Below are positions 7,067 through 15,070 of a stretch of DNA of 17,953 nucleotides, one piece after another. Each line of letters starts with the position of its first letter. Position 1 is the stretch's first letter. This DNA is from a virus (lineage: Duplodnaviria; Heunggongvirae; Uroviricota; Caudoviricetes). The position numbers and the translations under genes are program-made. The stretch covers positions 1-17,953 of the IMG/VR virus record IMGVR_UViG_3300027896_000022. One strand, 5' to 3'. The notes below the pieces were generated by a model. It was not told the origin of the DNA. It saw only the letters and a list, made by a program, of their open reading frames with translations, and searched no databases.

Positions 7067-8710
7067 ATGGCTGATTTAACATATGAAACTATTTCTAACC
7101 CATATAATCCTGAACTTCTTAGGACGGATTCTACTGTAGCAACAAATGATGTTCCTGATGTGTCGCAAGAAGAGGGAGGCAGAACGATAAAAAGCGGTTC
7201 TACTCTTACTGATGCTTGGATTGATACTTGGATTAAAAGTACAAATTATGAACCTAAAAAAAGAGGATTTCTTCTTGATGGTATAAAAGGTTATTTTGAA
7301 GCTGTTGATGCTTTCTTCTCTGGAACAGTCATTGCTTTAGCTGGTCAATTTGGGTCAGCTGATAATTATTGGAAAATTGGAGCCAATGGAATAACTGCGG
7401 TGGCTACTACTGGAGATGTCATGATAAATTATGGGAAGGCTGATTTCGGTCAAGATGGTGTAAATGGATTTATTTTAGGATATGATTATTCAGCTAGTGT
7501 ACCTAAATTTGAGATAGGAAGTTCAGCCATTAAAATTTTTAAATATGATGGTACTGATCTTCTGATGATTGGTGGAACCATTAAGACAAATGTGACAGGG
7601 GCCAGAGTTGAAATAACGGGTAATGATGAATATTTTTATGATGCTAGTACGGGTGGAGGCGGAACGATAGTTGGAAATACAGCTTCTATTTATTTTCTTA
7701 GAACAGATGGGGCAAATGGCACATTTCATATTCAAAAAAGAAAAAGTACAATTAGCAACGCTGGAAATGTTGTTGAATTCTTTTATGATGATATTCCTGC
7801 TGGTGGAGTAAGAAATTATATCTTTTTAGGACTTAAAGGTGATTTAGGAAGTAATGTTTCAGATTTTAAGTCTCACGTTATTGGAATAACAGCACGTGAT
7901 TTAATTCAAATTTATTCATCTTCTATTGCTAATCATCCTGGTTGGGGTACTCCAGCGGGCCCGGAAGTTGAAGTAATTGGTTCAAGTTGGGATGTTGGAC
8001 AACCGAATGCCGGAGGATCAAGACTTCTTTTATCAGGAATAGAAACAACTGTTCCGGCAGGTTGGGCGACAGGAGGATCATTTGTTGCTATTGGAGTGCA
8101 ACAACCTGCAGGTTTTAACGTTTCTCTTCTTGTTGATGATACTGCAGGATGGGCTGGAAATGATTTTTTACCACTATATTCAGGTTCTTATGACTCAGGA
8201 AATTCTGGTAATTATTGGCGAAATGTATATACAGAAGCAGTCCAGATAGTAAAAGCAGGTCATGCAACTAAATATTTGACCATGAATGGTGGTGGTGGAT
8301 TAGAAGTAAATGCTGATTTTTATGTAGGAGGTACTTTAAGCAAGGCTGCAGGAACATTCAAAATTGATCATCCCTTAAAACCAGATACGCATTATTTGCA
8401 GCATTCTTTTGCTGAATCTCCAGATATGCTTAATCTTTATAGGGGTAAAGGTGAAATAATTAACGGAGAATGCTTCATTCAAATGCCCGACTGGTTTATA
8501 CCATTGAATGGAACTAATAAATATGATTTTGATTATCAACTTACAAGTATTGGACAGCAAAATAATCTATGGGTTAAAGAAGAAATGTCTAAAAATGGCA
8601 ACGTGATATTTGCTGGAGAAAAGAATGGAAAATTTTCTTATTTAATTTCTGGAATTAGACATGATAAGTATGCTGAAGAAAATAGAATTCAGGTAGAAAA
8701 AATAAAATAA
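7067..8710 (+). CDS. Tail fibre/spike-like protein with an SKxxGxFKIDHP...ESP C-terminal domain
   Basis: Gly-rich beta-strand repeats, TGARVEI, and a P..SGSYDSG.S..YWRNVY fibre-type motif. The C-terminus LSKAAGTFKIDHPL..HYLQHSFAESPDMLNLYRG...PDWF..LN..YQLT..G is a domain recurrent at the ends of fibre/adhesin proteins. Confidence 0.7.
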   Translation: MADLTYETISNPYNPELLRTDSTVATNDVPDVSQEEGGRTIKSGSTLTDAWIDTWIKSTNYEPKKRGFLLDGIKGYFEAVDAFFSGTVIALAGQFGSADNYWKIGANGITAVATTGDVMINYGKADFGQDGVNGFILGYDYSASVPKFEIGSSAIKIFKYDGTDLLMIGGTIKTNVTGARVEITGNDEYFYDASTGGGGTIVGNTASIYFLRTDGANGTFHIQKRKSTISNAGNVVEFFYDDIPAGGVRNYIFLGLKGDLGSNVSDFKSHVIGITARDLIQIYSSSIANHPGWGTPAGPEVEVIGSSWDVGQPNAGGSRLLLSGIETTVPAGWATGGSFVAIGVQQPAGFNVSLLVDDTAGWAGNDFLPLYSGSYDSGNSGNYWRNVYTEAVQIVKAGHATKYLTMNGGGGLEVNADFYVGGTLSKAAGTFKIDHPLKPDTHYLQHSFAESPDMLNLYRGKGEIINGECFIQMPDWFIPLNGTNKYDFDYQLTSIGQQNNLWVKEEMSKNGNVIFAGEKNGKFSYLISGIRHDKYAEENRIQVEKIK

Positions 8711-8728
8711 TTAAATAATTTCAACATT

Positions 8729-8902
8729 ATGAACAATGAAGAAAAAAAAATTAATTCTACAGAAGAGCAAAATCAAAAACCTAAAATGAGACGTCTTCTC
8801 ATTGAAACTGATGGAAATAAAATTGTAATAGTAACTAATGAAATGACAGGATTATTGGAATTAAAAGCTGTTCTGACAGAATTAATAACCAATTTAAGGT
8901 AA
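8729..8902 (+). CDS. 57-aa hypothetical protein (possible fibre assembly helper)
   Basis: MNNEEKKINSTEEQNQKPKMRRLLIETDGNKIVIVTNEMTGLLELKAVLTELITNLR*. It fills the 8710-8931 gap with an AT-rich start context. Not in the ORF track; the function is a positional guess. Confidence 0.65.
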   Translation: MNNEEKKINSTEEQNQKPKMRRLLIETDGNKIVIVTNEMTGLLELKAVLTELITNLR

Positions 8903-8930
8903 TTTGTTATTAATTTTTATATAAAATCAT

Positions 8931-11402
8931 ATGCCTACCAAGCAAAGGAAACCAAGTCCGGCTGAACGCTGGGGAACATTAGTAAATGGTCGTCTTACTG
9001 ACAGACAAATTTTTGACTTGTTTGATGAGTTTGGTATGGCAAAAAGGCTTCAAACCAGAGGGGATTATGACTGGGCAAGACATAATCTGCCCAATATACC
9101 AGAAGAAATGAAGAAAATCTTAAAGATTGAATTAGATAAAGAAAATTCTGCAAGAAAGGAATCAGCTAAAGCTGTTAAAAGTGAGGGTGGCCAAGGGGGC
9201 CCAGCAACAACTACAATTTATTGGAAAGACGGCTCAACTAATGCTGTTCCAACTTCAGAGCTTTCCTATTGGCAAAATCAAGGCTGGTCAACCACTAAAC
9301 CAACTACCTCATCAGCATCTGCAGCATCTGCAGCATCTGTAGTACCTGCATCTTCCCCTACTATAACTTCTAACCCTAACCTTGCTGTTTCTGCCTCTTG
9401 GTCAACTTCACCAAGTATTTCTTTAGTTAAATTTACCAGTGATCCAAACGGAGCTGATCCAGGCGATGCTTCTACGGTTTGGTATGTCGATCATTCAACT
9501 AATACATTTAGACCTATAATGTCAATGCAGGCTTTACAGGATATGTATCCTGATGCCGCTCATTTTCAGGCTGCTATAAATTCTATAAGTGTAGTTAGTC
9601 CGCAAGAATTGCAACCAGGCGGTCAATTAGCTAATTTTACAGATCTTGGTTCAGATTATGGAATTTATGAAAAACAGCAAGCAAAAAAATTAGATTATAA
9701 TCCCATTGATATTCAGGGGGCTTATGGTAAGACTAGAAGCCAAGACGCGGATACATCCGGGTTGCAAATACTTAATAGTTTTATAAATTTTCTTAGTTCT
9801 AATAATTCAGGAATAGATAATTCTTATTTAACTAAAATTAAAAATGATCCAGCCACAATGGCTTTATATGTCAATGCCTTAGCTTATGGCGGTTATACTC
9901 CAGACGATATTTATAGTGATATAAAAAGAAAACAATTGGTTGATAGCGGAAATACTGGGTTATCCAATGTTGCTGTTATTAGTCCAAATATTTCTAAGAC
10001 TGAATATGAAAATACTACTGCCGGACAACAAGCCTCTTCTTTACCAATGCTAACCGCACCTAATCAGATAGGAAATGTCAGCAGGGAAGTTTGGAATTCA
10101 CCGGCAGCTCAACTAAATGATGATTATTATAAATTGACAGATCCTTCTTCTTATGATCCATCTTCTCAATCATTTAAAGATGCTATGGATGCTATAAAGC
10201 CTGATTTTTATGACCATGTTTTGCAGTCTTTATCAGCTCAGACTGAAGCTGATAAATCTGTAGCTGATAGCCAGTGGAAAGATTATATTGACAATCTTGA
10301 AAAAAGTTACGGTTATAGATTTAGCGATAATGCTTTAACTGCCTGGCAACAATTGGAAACTCTTCAAAAATACGCTGCAGAATATGGAATTGCTGGTTCT
10401 GGTATTGAACAAGAGCAACAAGATCAGGCATTGAGACAAACTAGAGAACAAAATAGACGTTTAGCAGAGCAAAAAGGCATTACTGAGAATACTCAAGAGG
10501 CAAATCAGGCCAGAGCGGCATATTCTTCTGATCAAATTAAAAAATTAAATGATGAAGATCAAGCTGCAGGTTTGCCTAGAGATCAATGGCGTTCTGTTAA
10601 ATGGGGTTTGGCACCAAATACGGCAACTGATCAAGCAACGTTTATTTCTAATTTTAGATCTACCCATCCTGATTTAGCTAATGTTTCTGACGCAGAAATT
10701 AAAGCTAAATATTACGATCCTATTTATGATGAAAATGGAAATTATAGAAGCACTCTTTATCAGAATCAATTTAATGCTACCTTTCAAACGACTTACGGAT
10801 ATGATCCAAATACTATCCAGTCATATGTTGATAAAGATACTAACAATACTGTTAATAGCATAGATTCTTATAAACAAAATGAGGTAGAAAAAGCAAGATT
10901 AGCGACAGAGGAAGCTCAGCAAAAAGATATAACTAAAGAGGAAAGTGGAGATTATTGGAACCCATTAAAAGGTGCTACTGGCCCCATAGATTACTCCAGA
11001 AATGCTGGTGCTACCGGTCCAATTGTTCCTCCTGCCGCACAAACTACAACACCAACCACTCCGACAGGATACACTGGAGCTTTATCTACTTTTACTCCAA
11101 AAACTGGAACATCCTATATTCCTGATGTGGCTTCAATGAAAAATTATACTAATATTTATAAAGATACTACACCAGGAAGTACCAAGCTTTATGGTACTTT
11201 AAAGACTGCAACTCCGACAGTTACTCCCACAATTACCACTCCAAAAGTAACAGTCCCTACCAATTTAACAAGTGCAGCAAAGCCTGCGACTACTTCTGTT
11301 CCTACTGGAGCTACTTTAATTTCTGGTCCTTCTGGTTTAACTGGTTTAACCGAAAAACAAATTTATCGTGATCCTAATTCTAACAAGATTTATAAATTAT
11401 AG
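8931..11402 (+). CDS. Large putative internal-virion/ejection protein 1 (823 aa)
   Basis: Long ORF downstream of the tail genes with S/T/P/A-rich linkers, a Q/E/A-rich coiled-coil (EQEQQDQALRQTREQNRRLAEQK) and small repeated modules. The function is inferred from position and composition. Confidence 0.6.
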   Translation: MPTKQRKPSPAERWGTLVNGRLTDRQIFDLFDEFGMAKRLQTRGDYDWARHNLPNIPEEMKKILKIELDKENSARKESAKAVKSEGGQGGPATTTIYWKDGSTNAVPTSELSYWQNQGWSTTKPTTSSASAASAASVVPASSPTITSNPNLAVSASWSTSPSISLVKFTSDPNGADPGDASTVWYVDHSTNTFRPIMSMQALQDMYPDAAHFQAAINSISVVSPQELQPGGQLANFTDLGSDYGIYEKQQAKKLDYNPIDIQGAYGKTRSQDADTSGLQILNSFINFLSSNNSGIDNSYLTKIKNDPATMALYVNALAYGGYTPDDIYSDIKRKQLVDSGNTGLSNVAVISPNISKTEYENTTAGQQASSLPMLTAPNQIGNVSREVWNSPAAQLNDDYYKLTDPSSYDPSSQSFKDAMDAIKPDFYDHVLQSLSAQTEADKSVADSQWKDYIDNLEKSYGYRFSDNALTAWQQLETLQKYAAEYGIAGSGIEQEQQDQALRQTREQNRRLAEQKGITENTQEANQARAAYSSDQIKKLNDEDQAAGLPRDQWRSVKWGLAPNTATDQATFISNFRSTHPDLANVSDAEIKAKYYDPIYDENGNYRSTLYQNQFNATFQTTYGYDPNTIQSYVDKDTNNTVNSIDSYKQNEVEKARLATEEAQQKDITKEESGDYWNPLKGATGPIDYSRNAGATGPIVPPAAQTTTPTTPTGYTGALSTFTPKTGTSYIPDVASMKNYTNIYKDTTPGSTKLYGTLKTATPTVTPTITTPKVTVPTNLTSAAKPATTSVPTGATLISGPSGLTGLTEKQIYRDPNSNKIYKL
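9313..9339 (+). repeat. CAGCATCTG x3 (encodes the SASAASAAS linker)
   Basis: Three perfect 9-bp copies read directly. Confidence 0.9.
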
Positions 11403-11419
11403 ACTGGTAAATAAATTCT

Positions 11420-12124
11420 ATGGATACTACAAATAATCTTCCAACAACTCTTAGGCCAGTTTTTCTTAATCCTGAAACGCAGAGTGCTTATGATGCTTCA
11501 AACCCTGTAGCAGATTATCAGCAATCTGATACTGAACCGGTTGCAGACGACGCTCAATCTGCAGATGGAACTCAAACTGATAGTTCAGGTTTTTCTCCAT
11601 ATTTATCTGCTTTTTATAAGGCTCAAAAAAATTATGTTCCAAAAACTTCAACAAATATTTCAACTCCAACTTCAACCCAAATTCCGTCTCAATTATATAA
11701 AAATCTTAACACAAAATTTAATAGTCTTGGCGCAATAACTACCGAATATGGAGATACTACAAGATATGAAAAGTTTCATCCAGGCATTGATATTGCTAAT
11801 AAAGCTGGCACTCCAATCCCAGCATTTGTCCCCGGCGTGGTTACTTCTGCCACTACAGGGCATAAACATGGAGAAAAAGGTTTTGGTAATAGCGTAGTTG
11901 TTACTGACGCTAATGGTGATAGGCATAGATACAGCCATCTCCAACAGGTTTATGTTAAAATAGGAGAACCAGTTGGTTCTGGGCAGGAGTTAGCAACTAT
12001 GGGAGATACAGGTTCTACCTATTCTCCGTCAGGAAAAGGAACTGGAACTCATTTAGATTACAGAATTGTTGATGCTTATTCTAAAGCAGTAAATCCATAT
12101 TCTTATTTAAAAAATTCTATATAA
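11420..12124 (+). CDS. M23-family metallopeptidase with a disordered N-terminal extension; putative virion-associated lysin
   Basis: H120-PGI-D124 (HxxxD), GFGNSVVV, RYSH173L, GQELATMGDTG, GTH211LD213Y (HxH site as HxD), VNPYSYL. It lies between large ejection-like genes. Confidence 0.92.
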   Translation: MDTTNNLPTTLRPVFLNPETQSAYDASNPVADYQQSDTEPVADDAQSADGTQTDSSGFSPYLSAFYKAQKNYVPKTSTNISTPTSTQIPSQLYKNLNTKFNSLGAITTEYGDTTRYEKFHPGIDIANKAGTPIPAFVPGVVTSATTGHKHGEKGFGNSVVVTDANGDRHRYSHLQQVYVKIGEPVGSGQELATMGDTGSTYSPSGKGTGTHLDYRIVDAYSKAVNPYSYLKNSI

Positions 12125-12129
12125 AATAT

Positions 12130-14715
12130 ATGCAACCTGATAAAAAAGCCAAAGTCTTTGCAATGAAATCCATAATGAACAATCCCAAGCTTTCAAAAGT
12201 CTTGAGTGATGGTTATAATTCTCCAATTGGAAGCACCAAAAGAGACCAGGCTAAATCAGTTGTTTCTATTTTAAAAAGACTTGGTTCTTCAGGCAATCCT
12301 GGAATAAATGTTTCTTTTACTCCTCCAGTTAAGCAAAATCCAAGGAAGCAAGCCTATAATGATATTTATCAAAGAGTTTATGGCAATCAAGGTGGATCCC
12401 CGGATGGTCAAGGAGGACCAACAGATAATGCTAATCCTTTTCTTTCTACTGCAAATAATCCTTTAGTACCATCGTTTATTAAAAGAGCTCCAGAACCAGC
12501 AAATAATTTTTCTTCAAAAATATCTACAACAACTTCAGCTTCTACCGCCCCAATGATTAGTGGAACTGCAGCTCCTGCTGCTCCTACCGCTTGGACAGGA
12601 ACTTCATATAAACCAGGAGAAGGAATAATTCCATTTTTAGGAAAAAACGTAATTCCATTAACTGAATACGTAACAGGAAAAACCTTAGAACAAGCAAAAA
12701 AAAATAAAGATGCTACTTTACAGGCTGTTGCCGGAGCAATTTTAGGAACTAGTGCTATTGGAGAAATGGGTTTAGGAACTTTAATGGGTACAAGCACTGG
12801 AAAACCAGTTCCTTTTGGTGAAACAAGTTCAATGCAAATTTATAATCAATTATTTCCAGCTAAAGTACCTACTGCTTTAGCTCCTTCGCCTACTTTGCCT
12901 AAAGCTCCTGGAACATCAATTGCAGCAACTACTGGGGCTACAGGCCCTGCTGTCACTGGAACTCCCGGGACAATCGTTCAAACTTCTGGCAATTCTTATA
13001 CTTACATAAATCGTGATGGAACTATTCATAAAGGTACTTTGGGTGATAATTATGTGGATAATACAACTGCTATTACCGCTGGTACAACTGGACCTGCCCC
13101 AACTGATGTAAACCTTCTTGCTGGTACTCAATATGAAAGCACTTGGGCAACTTTAACTCCTGAACAAAAAAAACAAATAGCAGATTCTCTTGGTGCAGCT
13201 CCTTCTGATACGACTGTTACCAGTACGGCAACAACTCCCGTAGATACTGGCACGGTATCAGGAACTAATCCTTTTGCCGGAACGTCATATGAATCAGCTT
13301 GGAATTCTTTACCTGATAATGTAAAACAAGCAGCCTTAACTGCTCCTACGCCTGGAGCTTTTGCAGATGCTATTATGTCCAGTCCCTCTGCTTTAGCAAC
13401 TTTAGCGCCTCAATATCTTGAAGAACTTAGAGCAATGCATCCTAGAGTTCCTGACGCTCAATTGCCATTAGCCTCTGGGCTTAATGGCCAAATTGATGAT
13501 TTAAAAAATAGATTAGCTGAAGAAAATCAATTGACAACATTAGGCAACGAATATCAGAAAATGATTACTAGTGGCAATACTCTTCAACCTGATTTAACCA
13601 GTTATATCAAAGGTCGTGATACCTATATCAAAGATGTTGATAACATGATTAATCAGGTTAAGACTAATATGGCTACTGGGATGCACGATCCAGCTACAAT
13701 GGCCGCTAATAATGGTTATATTGATTATCTTTCAGTCTTGAAAGGACGCCAGAATAATCGTTATATTGATCTTTTGCAGATGTCTGTCACTTCTCATGAC
13801 AATCAAATGAAGACAATAACTAATGCCTATAATAATGCCAAAAAGAATTATGATGACGAATTGGCGTCTGGACAGAAAATGACCACTGATAGATATAATC
13901 AAGTATATGGTGATCTTACTAATCTTTATAATCTTGTTCAAGGCGCTCCTGCTGCAGCTCAAGATGCCGAATTGAAGAAACAACAAGTATTAAATGCTCA
14001 ATATGATAATGCTAAATTAAAACTTGATCTTGGAACAACTACTACTAATGACTTCATGAAGGAGGCAATGGTTTATGATAGTCAGTTATTAGATAAAACA
14101 ACTGATACTACAACTGGAAAATCTTACAATACTTTTATGCCTGAAGTAAATTTGTACAATGAAGCTGCGGCAGCTTTAGGTTCAGGCAAAAGTGTAAATT
14201 CTTTATTGTATATCATTAGTGAAGGAATTGCTGCTGCAAAAACTACTTCTGAGGTAGAATCTGTTAAAGCAAAAATTAATTCATTTCTTGCCAGTGGAGG
14301 AGAAGCTTTATTAGCTCAATATGGATATACTCCAACTGATTCAAGCGGAAATTCTGTCCCTCTTTCTACAGTATTTGATACTGCTATGCAAGGTCCTAAA
14401 ATTACAGCCTATGAATCAGATCTTAAAATTGCCACAGTGCCTGCTCTTCAAAAACTTTTAAATTATTTAGTTAAAATTGATCCTAAAAAAATAGCAAGCA
14501 AAAAGGCTGAATATGACAAAAATGCTGCTCAATATGGGATAACAGATACTTCTTTATCTGATGCTATTTGGAATTACTATACTGGAACTGCCTTAAAGCA
14601 ATTTGGACCTTCTGCGGCAACTGTTGCAGGCAGAAAAAGCATGTTCTCATTATTAGATCCTAATAGTACTACGGGTTTTTCTGATTTGGCTAAATCATTA
14701 GCTGCTTCTAACTAA
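12130..14715 (+). CDS. Large putative internal-virion/ejection protein 2 (861 aa)
   Basis: Basic N-terminus, long T/A/P/G-rich region, internal repeat, coiled-coil segments (LNGQIDDLKNRLAEENQL; AQDAELKKQQVLNAQYDNAKLKL). The function is positional inference. Confidence 0.6.
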   Translation: MQPDKKAKVFAMKSIMNNPKLSKVLSDGYNSPIGSTKRDQAKSVVSILKRLGSSGNPGINVSFTPPVKQNPRKQAYNDIYQRVYGNQGGSPDGQGGPTDNANPFLSTANNPLVPSFIKRAPEPANNFSSKISTTTSASTAPMISGTAAPAAPTAWTGTSYKPGEGIIPFLGKNVIPLTEYVTGKTLEQAKKNKDATLQAVAGAILGTSAIGEMGLGTLMGTSTGKPVPFGETSSMQIYNQLFPAKVPTALAPSPTLPKAPGTSIAATTGATGPAVTGTPGTIVQTSGNSYTYINRDGTIHKGTLGDNYVDNTTAITAGTTGPAPTDVNLLAGTQYESTWATLTPEQKKQIADSLGAAPSDTTVTSTATTPVDTGTVSGTNPFAGTSYESAWNSLPDNVKQAALTAPTPGAFADAIMSSPSALATLAPQYLEELRAMHPRVPDAQLPLASGLNGQIDDLKNRLAEENQLTTLGNEYQKMITSGNTLQPDLTSYIKGRDTYIKDVDNMINQVKTNMATGMHDPATMAANNGYIDYLSVLKGRQNNRYIDLLQMSVTSHDNQMKTITNAYNNAKKNYDDELASGQKMTTDRYNQVYGDLTNLYNLVQGAPAAAQDAELKKQQVLNAQYDNAKLKLDLGTTTTNDFMKEAMVYDSQLLDKTTDTTTGKSYNTFMPEVNLYNEAAAALGSGKSVNSLLYIISEGIAAAKTTSEVESVKAKINSFLASGGEALLAQYGYTPTDSSGNSVPLSTVFDTAMQGPKITAYESDLKIATVPALQKLLNYLVKIDPKKIASKKAEYDKNAAQYGITDTSLSDAIWNYYTGTALKQFGPSAATVAGRKSMFSLLDPNSTTGFSDLAKSLAASN

Positions 14716-14726
14716 TTTTTGATTAT

Positions 14727-15062
14727 ATGGCTACAATTTATAAAAAACCTTTTAGTCCAATTCCTTCCTTTTTATCCGACAGGGCTAGGGCAAGGCTTGC
14801 CGCCAGAGTAAAAAATATTCCTATTAACAGTTATTCACCATTGAATCAATATTTGCCGAATAAAAGTTATAGTTCTAGCACTTACGGTTTCAACCAATAT
14901 TCACCTGTTAGCCAATATTCATCTTTAAGTAATTATAGTATTACTCCTGGAGGTTATTTACCGGGAGATTCTTCTTCTGCCCCCAGTTCTTTAACGCCAC
15001 CTACAATTTCTTCACCGTCTCAGCAAGACACTTTGCCAGATATGGCACAACCTAATTTTTAG
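14727..15062 (+). CDS. Small S/P/Y/N/Q-rich low-complexity protein
   Basis: 111 aa. It fits tightly between its neighbours with an AT-rich start context, and has a basic N-terminus plus (N/S)xYS repeats. Confidence 0.65.
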   Translation: MATIYKKPFSPIPSFLSDRARARLAARVKNIPINSYSPLNQYLPNKSYSSSTYGFNQYSPVSQYSSLSNYSITPGGYLPGDSSSAPSSLTPPTISSPSQQDTLPDMAQPNF

Positions 15063-15070
15063 ATTAATAT

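Noticed and set aside
929-13986. All listed minus-strand ORFs and the short plus-strand ORFs 10681..10863 and 11541..11738
   Set aside because: They lie entirely or almost entirely within long + strand genes with recognisable motifs and show no family features; they are shadow ORFs.
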